Shown one piece after another: positions 18,859-33,136 of a DNA stretch of 64,000 bases (its first letter is position 1; each line of letters opens with the position of its first letter). The translations under genes were made by a program, and so were the position numbers. The DNA is taken from positions 1 through 64,000 of IMG/VR virus record IMGVR_UViG_3300046804_002762; one strand, written 5' to 3'. Under the pieces are notes generated by a model. The model was not told the DNA's origin and searched no databases. It saw only the letters and a program-made list of their open reading frames with translations. This stretch comes from a virus.

Positions 18859-21800
18859 TATAATATAAAAAAAGAATTTATTATGAAACTTATTTCATTC
18901 AACCGACGTGAAGATTTCGGAACAGATTTTTATGTTCAAATCGTCAATATCAAAAGGTTCTCATTACTCCAAATCTCAATCAGTTGGAATGATTTTAAAT
19001 CCTGGCCTTATCTTCAAATTAAATCGGGGACTGGAGATGTTCTTGATGTTCTGTTCTGGGTATATAAGTTTGGAATTGATGTAACAATTCTGGGACGAAC
19101 CTGGACTTGGGATCACCTAAAAGATATTGATTTTGATAAGGACGAAGAAAATGTTTAGCAAACCACTTCTGGGCACAAATACAAAGAAAACTAAACTATC
19201 TTGGGTTGAATATATCTGGCAATCTTGTATCATTCAGGGATGGTATAACTGTTGGTATGCCTTTAAGAACTGGGGTGACTTGATGGGCGATAATTATCAA
19301 GAATATGCTCTTCTTGTGTCTGATGACCCATTAGAGCAATGTATTCTATACTTTTGGGATAGTTTAGAAGACGAAATTTATCCCAAACATTTCTTGGAAA
19401 GTTTGCTTCAAATAGTGGATGATATTGATACTGGTAAAGAAAAAGTAGTTCCACTTGATGAAGATTTCTTTGATAGAATGAAAGAACTTGTTGGTGATGT
19501 TGTAATTGACCTTGATGAAAAATTAGAAAATGAAGACCTTACCTGATAAAAAAACACTTGATATATTTTGGACGGTCGCAACAAGTTCCAGTATTGAAAC
19601 TGGCACAAGACCCCATTACGGATTCGCAAAGATGTTGTATGATTACCTTGCGGACATTGAACCACCTGTAGGACTTGCTGATTCAAAATGAGTTTTTCTA
19701 AAACTGTCTCTGTTTGTGCTGCTCTTGCAAGTATTTTTGCTGCTGGAGCTGCTGGTTGGAAACTGGCCAATGAAAATCAATCGCAACCCGTAGAGCAAAC
19801 AAAAGATGTTTCTGCTTTTGAAGAAAAAATTAATAACCTTGAAAAACAACTAGAAGAAGTTAAAGAACAACCAAAACCTGTAGTAGTACAACAACCTACT
19901 GTTCTTCCTCCTCTTCCACCTGTCCCTGAACCTAAACCAGGAGAAATTGAATGACCTACGATCAACTCTACGAGCATATTCTTAATTATGTTTCTCTGCC
20001 TTATCCTGTTATCACTGGTGATATTACCAACTGGACAGGAAAACCTCTTGAACACGATAAGAAACGTGCCTGTCTAATTCTTGGTGCTTTTATGGAGTTT
20101 AACCTTGATTGTCTTGATGAAGGTGTAGATCCTCGCACACTTGATATGACTGGTTTTGTGAATGAAAAACTTGATGAGTTGGAGGGCAAATGAGATTTCG
20201 TGATATTGAGTTCCGTTGGAGTAAATGTAACAACAAGTATGAACTCGTCAAGTGGTATCCTCAAACTCACGGTGAAACTTGTTGTGTCGTTGCTTTCTTT
20301 GATAAAGACAAAGAAGGTTATGATATGAGAACCATAGGTGATAGGTTCTTTGAGGATAAAGATGCGTGGGTTGTTGGTAAGTATGCTCTGGAGTTTCTAA
20401 ATGCTATCTTCCAAATTGAACAAGATGAAGAGGAACTGAAATGACTAAAATCCAACTCAAATCTGTCACAGTAACTTACACCAGAACTCTCACAGTTGCT
20501 CCCACAACTGAAATGTTTGAGGACTGGGAGGATTATCCAGACCAAGAAGGATTCGAGAGTTTAGTGATTAATCAATTGTTTGATATAATCCATAATGAGA
20601 TGGGAGGACCAGCAAATCCTATGCCTTACACTGATGTAAAACAGTTTGAAACCGTTGAGATTGATTGGGAAGGTGATGAAGATTATGACTGAACGAGTAA
20701 AATTCACACACATCACACGAGTGATTGACCCAAAGACACGCATTCATTATCTTGACGCAATAGACACCAACGGAAATCATTGGACTGCTGAAATGTCTCC
20801 TAAGATTGAACCTTGGATGGTTTATACTAAAATGTGGAAAAAAGATACAGGATTGCCTTATGACTAAACATCCTACAAAAGATTGGGAATGGGAAGAAAC
20901 TGCCGAAGTCGCATTTCAGGAATGGTTCAACGGAGAGTATGGTAATTTTACATTCCGTTGTGAATGGTTCTTTGGAGATTGTGAAGTTGAGGATGTGAAT
21001 ACTCGTAAGGATTTGATGACTAAGTGGGTTCATTCCGCATTTTTGACGGGTTATAATACTGGGAGATGCTCCAAGACAGATGAGTGATCTAATCTTCTAC
21101 ACAAATAATGAGGAAACTTACCGCATTTCTTTTCCAACTCTTGGAACCAAATGTCCTGAAACTAAACTTGAAATCAAAATGACTGAACCCGACATCTCAA
21201 AAGTTCTCATAGAAGGAGACTACGCAACCATTATGGGTGTGAAGTATAAGAGAGTGGAAGAACCAAAAAGTTTCTATGATAAACTTTGGGAAGAACTTGG
21301 AAAGAAAGTAGGATATGGTATTGATTGTGATGAACTGACTGATAGGGTTATGGATTTGATTAAGGATAATATTCCAGGGTGTGCTGAAGGTCTTGGTTTG
21401 CCCGAATGGTATTTGGGTTATAATGAAGCACTACGCAGAGTAAATAGGAGGTTGTTTGAACGATGACTGAATATCAACCAACTCCACAAACACCAGAGCA
21501 AGTAGATGAAGGTCTTCGTGAGGCTTTTAGACAAGCAATCAAAGATGGTGTGATGGATGCTACTCCTTACCTGAACCAAATGAATTTTAACACAGATATT
21601 GAAAAAACAGAAGCAGAAATCAAAGTGCTTCAAAAGAAACTTGAACTCCTTAAAGAGATTGAGACACATAAATCTCAACCAAGAATGTATTTTGAACTTG
21701 GTGGTAAATTTGAGATTGTCTCTTATAATGGTGAGAATTATTATCGTCTGGAATATCCAAGTGCTATTATTTGGTATAAGAAAAAGAAACCTAATGATGG

Positions 21801-23217
21801 TATGATGCTGGTTCGTATTACTGATGGTGAAACTTATCGTTTACTTGAAGGTGTGTGGTTCAACGATGTGAAGAAGGGGAAGTATGACTGAATGTACCTG
21901 TTCCTATCTTCAAATAGGAACCAAAACCTCCAACACTAAAAACCTCAATCCCGATTGCCCTCTTCACGGAACTGATAGTGTATGGTATAATAGTCCAGAA
22001 CAAGTCAAAAAAAGAGAAGGAAGGTCTCAACAACTTCGGGAACTTTATGATGCTGCTCGCAAAGCAAGAGAGAAACTAAATGAATAACACTCAAAAAATT
22101 CAATCTGAAATTGATGAATTACATAAAAAGTTTGATGTTCTTCAATCACAATCTGCATCTTTAAGTGAATTGAATAGTGTGCGAAGACAGTTAAATGTTG
22201 CTTATGAAAAGTTGAGGAAGAACTAAAATGACTAACCCAGAAATCATCGTAGAACGAAAAAAATACGGAAGTTCTGCTATGGATTATACTATGAGAGTTT
22301 ATCAAAAACTTGATGAAGAAACCATAATGATTGATGGTGTGAAGTATCAAAAAGTAGAGGAACCAAAACCAAAGATACTTTATGAGATGTTCTGTAAGGA
22401 ACACGGACAATTTATAAACAGAGATGTTATTTGTGAGATTGTTGAAAGATGGTTGCCTGATGAAGATGATGGTGATGATAGATATGCTTGTGGTTGGAAT
22501 GATTGTGTTGAAAAGTTGAAGTTGAGGTTAAAATGACTGAACGACTAAATCATAAACTTGATGTAAGTAAAATCAAAACACTCACAGATGTAAAGAATAT
22601 CTTTGAGTGTATGTGTTTGTCTTCTAATGCGAGTGAAGAGCACGAAAAGTATGAACTCCTCAAAGAATACTTCACACTTCCAAATGAGCCACAAGAACTT
22701 ACTGGATTTAAACTACCACGCAAATCATTAGAAGAAATCTCACAAGAGTTTGATGAGAAGATTGATAAACAGATTGAGGATGTAGAATACAAGTTCGCAC
22801 AACTCAAATATTATCAAGAGTATCAGTTTAGTAAAAAGATTACCAAGATTATTGAGGATATTGAGTATGCTCGCAAGAATGGAAGTTTTCCAGCAAAATT
22901 AGATTACTCTAAACTTACTGCGACTGGTGGTAATATTACTTCCAATTTTGTAATTAAAGAAGGTGGTAAAGAAGTCGGTTATTACACATTTGGTTCGGGA
23001 TATTTGAGGTATTATATGAGGAAGAAACCGACTGCTATTAGTCGTTGGTTTATGAAAAATTGTCTTTCTTTTGTATGGGTTGATGTATGATGACTAAACC
23101 AACAGATGAAGAACTTGATAATTTCATTCAAGGTTATTTGAGTGATGGTGAAGATTGGTGGTATGATGAAGAAATCGTAAGAGGACTTGCCCGTGCTTTA
23201 CTTGAACATTTTGGTGA

Positions 23218-23274
23218 GGACACTTGAAGAACTGGCACAGGAGCATCCCACAGGTGCTCCTTTTGCCTTATAAT
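23218..23274 (+). promoter_or_regulatory. Promoter with GGACACTT-N4-AACTGGCACA box
   Basis: The box ends at 23239, followed by 29 nt and TATAAT at 23269. Confidence 0.65.
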
Positions 23275-25658
23275 GACTTCATACACAAAGGAACTCCAAA
23301 TGGCAATTGACACCAGCACCTGTATCAACATCCTTCCTGATGAGGAATGGTATTACACAGTTGAAGATTCAAATATTGTCACCAGTGATGATGGTTGTAC
23401 TATTTCCTATTGGCAAGATGGAAAACGACATACTCACATTACTATGGAAAAAGAAGAAGCACTCGCAATCGCAGACGCAATCTACAAACTTTTTAAGAAC
23501 TGAAATGCACTACGAAACTGACATCATCATTCATCAGTATTCATCTGATGGAGATTTTTATTACAAACTCAAAGTCACAGATGTAATCAATATGGATTAC
23601 TACTATGATGGTAGTGCTTCTACCCTTGATGATGTTATGGAATGTATCCAACTTCACCTCAAACAACACCAGAACTGAAATGACTGACCAAGAAAAACTT
23701 TACAAACTCTGTATTCTTGAGTTGCTGATTGCGATTGATGAGGATGTAGTGGATTGGAGGAACTATCCTAAACTCTGGACAGCAGTTGGACTTGCCGACA
23801 GAACTCTTGACATTTGGGCAGGAGACAATCTCAAACAAATGAAAGCAGAACTTGAAGAGGTGTAAAAACTAAATGAAATACAACATCAAAAAACAACAAA
23901 TCATTCAAAATGAAGAAGATGGTTGGAGTTTTCAATTTTGGGAAGAAGTAGATTTTGTAAAAATTGTTTATTTTGAAGAACCACTTTCAAAAACAACAGA
24001 ATTTCGTATTCCTAAAGATTGTGTAGAATATTTTATTGATGCTTTGGAGAACCTGAAATGACTGACTTTTCTCAAGAACGATTTGTTGATTTAGGACAAA
24101 CACTCTTTGTTGAGTGGTTGAGAACCTTGAACAATGCCCAAAATTCAACTGAAGAAGAAAGACGAGAACTATTCAAGTTTGCTGCTGAAATGTCTTTTGA
24201 AGCAGTAGAAGAGTTTGCTAAAGTATTCCGTCATCAAGAGGAGAACTGAAATGACCACCAATTTCACTGAACAACAACGACAAATTTTATCAATTGTTCT
24301 GTTTGAGCAAGTTGGTAAATCTTCGGAAGGAGAACAGATGGACAAAGAAACACTGGAACTTTATAAGGAAATTGTAAATCAAAAGATTTCTACTCTGGGG
24401 GTAAAATGACTATCAGAGAAACTGAACTTCTCAAACTCTTTTCCAAAGCAAACCAACTTGATTTAAGTGTTGAAGTTTGTGAGGACAAAGATGGTGATTA
24501 TGTAATTCGTATCTATGAAATGTTCCATCCAGAAGGATTTGATGAAACAGTATTCATCAATCAACAAGGTGAAACTAACTGGGATAAGAGATGTTATAGT
24601 TTTGATTATATGATGGATGTTCTTGATGAAAAGTTGGAAGAAAAACGACAAGAGGAAATCAAAGAACAAAAACGACAAGAACTTCTTGCTCGTTTGACTG
24701 ATTTTGAAAAGGACTTGCTTGGAGTAAAATGACTGAACGAGTAAAATTCAAAACTATCACACGAGTGATTGACCCAAAGACACGCATTCATTATCTTGAT
24801 GCTGTTGATGAGAATGGATATCACTGGACTGCCGAAATGTCACCACATGAAGAGAGATGGTTGTGTTATACTGATATCTGGAAAAAAGACCCACAACAAC
24901 CTTACGATCTATGACTGAAACCGACATCTCAAAAGTTCTCATAGAAGGAGACTACGCAACCATTATGGGTGTGAAGTATAAGAGAGTGGAAGAACCAAAA
25001 TCAGTAGTAGAAGAAGCATACAAGGACTGGTGTGGTGAGTATCCAACAGGTGGTCCAAGTGAAGATGCGAAATGGGGTGCTTTCCTAGCAGGTTATCAAG
25101 TAACACAACCAAAAGCAGTTCCAGTTGATGAACCTGATTGGTATGATGAAGTAGAATGGGATGAAAAAGATAATCCAAAACCTATGGATGAGGTTGTGAA
25201 TAGATTGGTGGAAAAGTGGAAGACCGACCCACCAGAGTTTCTGAAGTTTGAATTGGGTAAAACTCTGGAAGATTTGATTACTCGGTGGTGGTTGGATACT
25301 CATACAGTCCATAAAGATTGGGATGTTCCAACTTGTGTTGATGATTTGATTGACCAAATTCAGTTGTGGTTGCCTCGTGAGCAATCAGCAGAAGGAAGTC
25401 AAAGTATTTCTGTGATTGATACAGTTGATGGATATAATGACTGCCTCACTAAAATTAAATCTAAGTTGAGGAACAAACGATGAGTAAACGAAACTTTAAG
25501 CAAGAACTCTATTATTCCTACTATGAGGATATAGAGGATGGTAGAACAGCTGAAGCGATTGATTATACTGCTTTGATTGGTATTATCGCAGAGTTGTGTG
25601 ATAGAATTGAAGAACTTGAAAAAGACAACGAACTTCTGAAATCTTATGCTTGGGAACG

Positions 25659-25973
25659 ATGATTGAAACTTTGATTGCTGGATTGACTTGTGGTATCACT
25701 ACATACTATGGTCTAGGAGATGGATTTCATGGACAAAAAACCGCCAATGGTGAACGGTTTGATGCTTATCGTTGGACTGCAGCTCATCCTTATCTGCCTA
25801 TGGGCACGAGGATTCGAGTAACAAATCAAGATAATGGTAAACAAGTAATTGTACGAGTGAATGATCGTGGACCTTATTCTCATGCTGATTTGGATCTCTC
25901 TTATGCTGCTTTTGCTCACATTCAATCCACTAGTAAAGGTAATGCCACCGTCTGCTGGAGGGTAGTGGGATAA
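25659..25973 (+). CDS. RlpA-like (double-psi beta-barrel) lytic transglycosylase domain protein
   Basis: 'YYG..FHGQKTANGERFD..TAAHPYLPMGTRIRVTN..VIVRVNDRGPY..LDLS.AAF'. Confidence 0.85.
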   Translation: MIETLIAGLTCGITTYYGLGDGFHGQKTANGERFDAYRWTAAHPYLPMGTRIRVTNQDNGKQVIVRVNDRGPYSHADLDLSYAAFAHIQSTSKGNATVCWRVVG

Positions 25974-27869
25974 AAATGACTGAAGACATTCAACAACCAA
26001 ACGGCGACTTTCTAAAGAACTATCCAGATGTGACTCGTGTTGAAGTGATTACTGGTGATGGACGAGAGTTTGTTCGGTACGAATGCTCTAATGTTCAGGT
26101 AAGTCTTCAGGACGACGGACAAACACTTAAAGTATTTCTTTTTACGACTTATGACTGATTATTCTTGGTTAGAACCAATGGAGAGACGCACAAAAGAAAT
26201 AAGGGAAGAAACCCAGAGAATCAAAGATGAAACTGAAAAAATGAGACAAGAAACTCATAATCTTCCAGTTCCTGATGATGCCCCTTGGTTGAACTTATCA
26301 CAAGAAGAAGTGAATGAATTGAGAAATAAGAAGTTTGAACTTACTCAATACGGCAAACAGAGGTTTAAAGAAATGACGGTAGGACAACTAATGGACACTG
26401 AAAAGTTTCAAGAAGAGTTTGCTAAATCGCAAGTATTTGATGCTGATAAGTTTGCTGAGGAAAATAGTATGGTAAGAAATCATCGCATCCTTGAACGATA
26501 CAATAACTTCTACAATCTTGAGTGTTCTGGTCTTTCTCACGGCACACCGATCACCCCAGAGTTTCAACAAGCTATGGCTTTGGAATGTATGTTGGATGCG
26601 TTGAGATGTGAGAACCTTAATCACGAATTTGATATGGTTCCAACTGCTGATATTAACGCACTGATTGAAGGTTTGTATCAACAAGGTAAAGATTATCTTG
26701 AAAAGGTGAGGGCAGTTCAAGAACAGGCACAAGGAAACTCCAAAACCGATTTGGATGCTCTATAATATCCTCATACACAGAAACCTGATGACTTTTCAAC
26801 CTTACAACATTGTTCCTGGAACTGAAATTATTCACAGTACCATTGATTTCTATGAATTCTCTGATGAAGCAAAAGGTATGACTCATACCGTAAAACTTCA
26901 AGCAGATAATGGTGGAGTTTATCTGGAATCCACAGGAAAACAGCACGACAGTGAGCACAGAGGCATCACTGAATATATGTCTATCCCAAACAAAGAACTT
27001 GCGATTGTCGTTGCTCGTCGCATTCTTGAACTTTATCAGGTAAATTAAAATGAAAATCCAATTCAAAGGACATCAAGCAACAGACCGAGAAGTAGAACTC
27101 TCACAACAAGAACTCTTCCAACTCTTTGAGATTATGAGAGAAGAGTTTGAAAATCACATTACATATTCACGATTTAATAATTGTTATCCCAGCGACATTG
27201 AAAAGGACATTGTAGATTTTTGCAATTCTCATAATGTTGATGTGGAATATGGTCGTGATAGAATTTCTTTCTTTAAATCTATTCTTAATAACCTTAAGAA
27301 CCCATACCAATGAACCTCACATACCGACAACTGATTCTTCTTACAACTGCTATCACAGTGTTTTATGATGAGGTCGCAAAGACTTCTACACCTGAACTAA
27401 AACAAGAACTGATGGAACTTGGTGAGATTATTCAGGAAAATGCTATGATGAGGAAAAGGGCAGATGAACGACGGAAAAATGACTAAAAAATTCTGTAAGG
27501 ATTGTAAATGGTATCGTAAATCCTGGATTGAACATATCTTTTTTAGAACTAATTCGTATGATATGTGTGCCTCTCCAAATACTACTGATGACCTTGTAAC
27601 TGGATATAAACAACGATTTTGTGATATGCTGAGAGCAAATCGTTGGAAAGAACTTGATTATGCTTGTGGTCCTGAAGGAAGATTTTTTGAGGAAAAGAAA
27701 TGAAATGGATTAAGAATCCAGACGAGATTGTACTGGAGGATGTGAAGATGGTTCATTATGAGACAATGGAAGAAGGTCGTGCTGTGTGGTTGGGAATCTA
27801 TCTTAACAACGGTCAAATATTTCACTTAAACATTGGTGGTGATAATCTTTATGTTAATTATAGTGAGGA

Positions 27870-27925
27870 GACACCTGACTAACTGGCACAAGGATACTCC
27901 AGAAAGGACTTGGATGCCCTATAAT
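27870..27925 (+). promoter_or_regulatory. Promoter with AACTGGCACA box
   Basis: AACTGGCACA 27881-90, 29 nt, TATAAT 27920. Confidence 0.65.
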
Positions 27926-30900
27926 GGTTTTATAAACCCAGAGACCAATGAACCCCCTACAAAGATACAAGAACTGGACTCGTAAACAGTATAACAAATA
28001 CTATTATGAGTATGACTTTCAACCTAACTTTAAGTGGAATCCTTTTGACACAAACAATGACTGGGTTTATGACCTTAAGAAGTGGAGAAACTTTATTTGG
28101 GGATTGCAGAGTATAGGACATGCCTGGGAAGCATACACTTATTGGATGAGAGATATGAAGTATTCTTATAAACTTCCTTATGCGATGTGGAGTGAGTTGA
28201 ATGATGGATGGATGTATATGTATGAGTATTCTTGGGCGAAGAAATGAACCTTCATAAACTTTTTATATCAAATAGATTTCTCCGATATACTCCATTCTGG
28301 TGGTGGTATCGTTTGATATCTCATCAAGGATTTCGATTTGATGATTACCATATTTGGGGAGAGTTTTGGAGTTCTCTGAATGGTGGATGGTTGGATATGA
28401 ACTACAAGTGGGAGTTTGAGAAGTTCTGGGGTAAAGGAGCAAAACCTGAGCGCATTGTTGTATCAAAAGAAGCATACGATTCTCTTGTTAAGAGACTTAA
28501 TGCCCCACCAGATCCTAAAGTAGTTGAAAGATTAAAAGAGATTATGACAAAATCAGCACCTTGGGACGATGACAGAGAAATCTAAAATCTTCTATAATAT
28601 CTGGTGTTGTGCTTATCAACGACGATGGATGTATAAAGGAACACCACGAGAACACAGAGAACATACTACAATTCGTATGTGTCTAGATATGAAAGACGTT
28701 AAGTTCTACCAGTTTGATACTGATAAACCACATTATCTAAAATGAAAGTTACCGAACATAACATTACCGAGTGGAAACTAAACCAAGAAGAAATCAAAAG
28801 TTTAATCCATCTTACAAAACTTGAAATCAAACGGTGTGAGGGTGATAGCGTTACACAAACTTATTATGGTATCATTTTAGGCAAACTATTGATTATGAGA
28901 AACGATGTTTAGTACACCAGTTAGAGGAACAGCATCAAAGAAAAATAGAACTACCTTAAACTGGTGGGAATATTGGATCGGTCATTGCTGGATGATGGGA
29001 TGGCAAAATATTCGCGGATCTTTTCGTATTTGGAAAGATCTAATGACTGGTAATTATAAGGATTATGCACTAATGTGGTATGATGATCCTTATGAGGAAT
29101 GTGTTAGTTGGTTCTGGGGAACTCTTGGTGATGATGATACTTTGCCTAAAGAGTTTCTTGAAGGATTGCTAGTTCAAGTAGCACAAATTGAAAGTGGTGA
29201 AGTGAAACCAATTCCATTCACTCAAAAAATGTTTGATAAACTTGAAGACCTTGTTGGTGATATTGAAGTAAACCTTAATGAGAAATTAGATGATGACGAT
29301 CTTTGATTTAGTTCACGATGAACGTAGATATGGTTGGGTAGTTGATACTCGCTATCAGTGGATTAATATGCTTACTAAAATGCAAAGAAATAATCCAAGA
29401 CGTTTCAAAGAGTTTCAATACTCCACTGCAACTTTTTATCATCACCTAGATAGAGTACAACAAGAGCAAAATCTATACGATTAGTATTATGGGTATGTTT
29501 GATTATGTCCGTTCTTCATATGACCTAGGAGAACAATTCACAGAAGTAGAGTTGCATACAAAAGATATTGAGGATGGACTTGGTGGTACAATGTCTCAGT
29601 ATTGGTTAGATAAACACGGATATTTGTATACTATTGATTACTCAGGAACTGCAGACTTTATAGAACTTAAAGAAGGTGATGAAGGTTATAATGAAACTCA
29701 TAAGTGGTGTAACTTTACTTGGAAACCAAATGGAAATAAAGGTAAGGTCACTCCTTGTTATTTGACGAAATACATTGAGGTTTATCCTGCATCTTGGGAC
29801 GGTGAATGGACTGACTGGCCCACCTGCAGATTGCACTTCAAGTATGGTAGACTGATGGACTATGAATATATGACTAAACGATGATCTCTACAGAACTATT
29901 CCCTTACGAAAATCATCCATACAGATTAGAGTTTGGTGAAAAGAAAAACTCTACAGTCTGTTTCTTTTCGTGTGAGGAACACTTGCAAAAATACCTGACA
30001 CGGTATAAACTAGATACAAAGACAGTTAAAATTGATTATCGTGATGGAAAACCCCCTAAGTCTAGTAAAACAGACAAGAACAGTGTGGAACAAAGAACTA
30101 GAAAGACCAGTAGTGGAGGTTCTAGTAGAAGTAGAGGGAGCACCAAAAAGTTGGATTCCACTGGAACTTCTAGTCGCACTCGCAAACCTAAATCAAAATG
30201 AACGAACAGACCAAACTAATCTTAGCACTTCAACAAATTGATAACCTTACAAGTCTTTTGGAAGGCAATCAGTATCAAGACTTCTTATACAGTAAACTTA
30301 TTTCTGCACGAATTGAATTACAGAGGCAATTAAATCATTATGGAACAAAAACTCATTGACGAAGCATTCTATGTGGAACAAAAACAATGGGGAACGTGGC
30401 AATCACATTATCCTGATGGAAAAGGTATTATCACATCACTGACTGAAGAAGAATGTGTGAGAGCAACAAGATATTACCTGAAATGGAAACAGGAAGGTGC
30501 TATAAATGAAAATGTAGTAACCTATTCTGGCACTGTGGATGGAAAACTTTAGAGCAGGAAACAATGTAAAATTTATTGGTTGTTCAAAAGAACAAATACT
30601 ATGGGGAAATAATACAGACCCTACGGGCATTTTAATTGTGGGTAATACATATTATGTTGAACATGTGGAAATACACTCACAGCACACAAAATTGACACTT
30701 CGCGGTGTTTCTGGTAAATTTAACTCAGTTTGTTTTGAAAAAGTATGACAACACGCACCTTTATTGATAAGAATGGAAATGAGTGGAGTTGGGAAGAAAC
30801 CGAAGAAGTATTGAAAGCACTAAAGGAACTTCATGAAACTAAGACTAACACCGAACCAGCAAATCTGGGCTAATGTGTTTAAATGTGCCGTAGAAAGGTC

Positions 30901-31693
30901 TAATCTTTACTTTGCTGATAAAGACTTAGATAGACACGCAAGAGAGCACACTACAGTTGTATTAGCACTTCAAAAAGGAGAACAGTTTTGGAAAGAACTA
31001 CTGTAGAATATCCTTACCATGTTCTTGATGAAACAACTCCTTGGTATGAGTGGTTAATGTATTGTGAAATATGCCATCAATTAGACGTTCCAGGGCAACC
31101 TTCTCTGGGACGTTTTATGGCATATCGTAGATACTTAAAATCTATTGGACTTTTGTAATGATTAAAAGATTACTTAATTGGTTTATTAGTCCATCAGAAA
31201 AACCTATTCTATGTGACGATTACAATGTTTATGATAAACTACTAGAACTAGAAGAAAAATATGAAAATCTTCTATGTGATTTTGTAAGGTTGGAAGAAGA
31301 AAATATAGAAACTACAAATACTCTCTACGAACTTATGAATTCTATTGATGCAGTTGATGCACGTATAGATATTTTAACTCTAGAAAAGTGGAAGGATAAA
31401 GATGTATGAATTTGACAATAATTTTGAAAAAGCACTTGCACACTTTGGAACAAGAGTTGAAATTATCATTGCACTTGAGATGGGTGGAAAGTTAGATGCT
31501 GACACTGCTTACAAAAATATTAAATACGAACTTAAAGAACTCAAAAGAATTAGAAAGAAGCACAACAAGGAAGTGCAGTAAATGTGATGTTGAGTATCCA
31601 CTTGACATTGAATACTTCCAACGTGTAAAATACTTTAAGGATGGATATAGTTTTTATTGCAATGAATGCGACAAACCTCCTAAAAAAGAAGAA

Positions 31694-31797
31694 TAAATAA
31701 TTACACCTATTGAGACTGCAATTTCATAGGTAAGATTAGGTGCTCTTATGAGCACCTTTTCTATTATAAATATTAGTGCAGTCTCAATAGAATAGAA
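31694..31797 (+). promoter_or_regulatory. Endonuclease leader module
   Basis: TAAATA 31694. ctattgagactgca (31707-20) is the perfect reverse complement of tgcagtctcaatag (31777-90). Hairpin aggtgctc-ttat-gagcacct followed by TTT. TATAAATA 31765. Confidence 0.7.
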
Positions 31798-32433
31798 ATG
31801 AATTATCTAAAGGTTTATTGTAATCTAATCAGGAAAGCAGAGAACAGAATTCCTCCTGAAGATTATACGGAAAAGCACCATATATTTCCAGTAAGCATTT
31901 ACGGAAAAAATGATAAAATTGCAATTCTTACTGGAAGAGAGCACTATATCGCACACGAATTGCTGGAAAGAATTTTTATAAAACGATATGGATTAAAGGA
32001 CAAAAGAACTATTAAAATGATAAACGCTGTTATTGCTATGAAAGGTAATGGTAATTATATTAATTCATATCTTTATGAGAAAAGTAGAAAAAGATTTTCA
32101 AATTCTTTAAAAAGTATTCCAAAATCGGAAGAGCATAGGAAGAAAATGTCAGAGGCTTCAAAAAGAAGATATGAGAATATGGAGGAAAGAAAAAAGACAT
32201 CAGAGCAGATGAAAAAATATCATAAAAATATTGATACAACTGGAAAAAATAATTCGAATTATAATAATGGATGTTATTATGAATTAACAAGTCCACTTGG
32301 AGAAATAGGTTATACGAATAAATTGGATGTTTTTTGTAAAAGAAATGATTTATCCAGGTCTGGTTTTTGGAAAGTCATAACATATAAACAAAAGAAAGAC
32401 CACAAAGGATGGTCGGTTAGAAAACTGGACTAA
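31798..32433 (+). CDS. HNH homing endonuclease
   Basis: 'YTEKHHIFPVSIYG..LTGREHYIAHELL' and NUMOD3-like 'KSEEHRKKMS'. Confidence 0.85.
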   Translation: MNYLKVYCNLIRKAENRIPPEDYTEKHHIFPVSIYGKNDKIAILTGREHYIAHELLERIFIKRYGLKDKRTIKMINAVIAMKGNGNYINSYLYEKSRKRFSNSLKSIPKSEEHRKKMSEASKRRYENMEERKKTSEQMKKYHKNIDTTGKNNSNYNNGCYYELTSPLGEIGYTNKLDVFCKRNDLSRSGFWKVITYKQKKDHKGWSVRKLD

Positions 32434-32488
32434 TAATAGACAATCTGTAAAACCTGTGCTATGATATAGATACAAATTAATTAAACGG

Positions 32489-33136
32489 ATGGATTACAAA
32501 AAGTATTCTCTTGAAAATCTTGAGAAGTGGATTGAAGACGCAATCAATAGTAGTGAAGCATCGCCACAAGAAATTTATGATGTTATCAAAAATGTAGTGA
32601 GTGATAACTATTATTGCTACAAAAATCACACTGAAAGGTGTTATGAACTTCTTGCTCTTCTGAATGGTAATGGGAGGGGACATATTCCAGCATACGATGA
32701 ATATGTTGAGAAAAAAGAAAATCTTGTATGTGATAAAGATGATAAGTCTCCCAAGTGTCAAAAAGCATGGAGTGATTTTTGGGAAGAGAATTATTATCCT
32801 GAAGAGCATAATCAATACACTGAAGAAGAACTGAACGCAATGTGCGACAAGGCAGCATCAGACCAAGAAAAACAAAAGTGTCGTGAATATAACCTGCGTG
32901 AGGCAGAGTATTATGACAAGAGAGCAGAACTTGATGCTAAAAAAGATAAAGTAGTCAAATGGAAACTTCCTGTTGAGATTGATGGTATGAGCGGTGAGTA
33001 TTATGTTAACTTCCCTGATGACTTGATGGAAGCAGCAAATATTGGAGAGAATGATATGGTAGAATGGATAGATCAAGGCAATGGGTCATATTTTTTGCGT
33101 AAAGTAACTAAACCTATTGGAATTGATGAGTGCTGA
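32489..33136 (+). CDS. Protein with C-terminal AbrB/MazE-like DNA-binding domain
   Basis: C-terminal 'GEYYVNFPDDLMEAANIGENDMVEWIDQGNGSYFLRKV'. Confidence 0.6.
   Translation: MDYKKYSLENLEKWIEDAINSSEASPQEIYDVIKNVVSDNYYCYKNHTERCYELLALLNGNGRGHIPAYDEYVEKKENLVCDKDDKSPKCQKAWSDFWEENYYPEEHNQYTEEELNAMCDKAASDQEKQKCREYNLREAEYYDKRAELDAKKDKVVKWKLPVEIDGMSGEYYVNFPDDLMEAANIGENDMVEWIDQGNGSYFLRKVTKPIGIDEC

Larger units (their letters stand above)
18883..31696 (+). other. Dense cluster of ~45 small hypothetical ORFs with internal paralogs
   Basis: Overlapping stop/start junctions throughout. Paralog pairs are 19151/28905, 20685/24729 and 21179/24911. Confidence 0.65.

Noticed and set aside
19598-19607. AACTGGCACA at 19598 as another promoter box
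   Set aside because: It is inside a probable small ORF. A TATGAT follows at similar spacing, so it may be real, but I left it out of the count as ambiguous.
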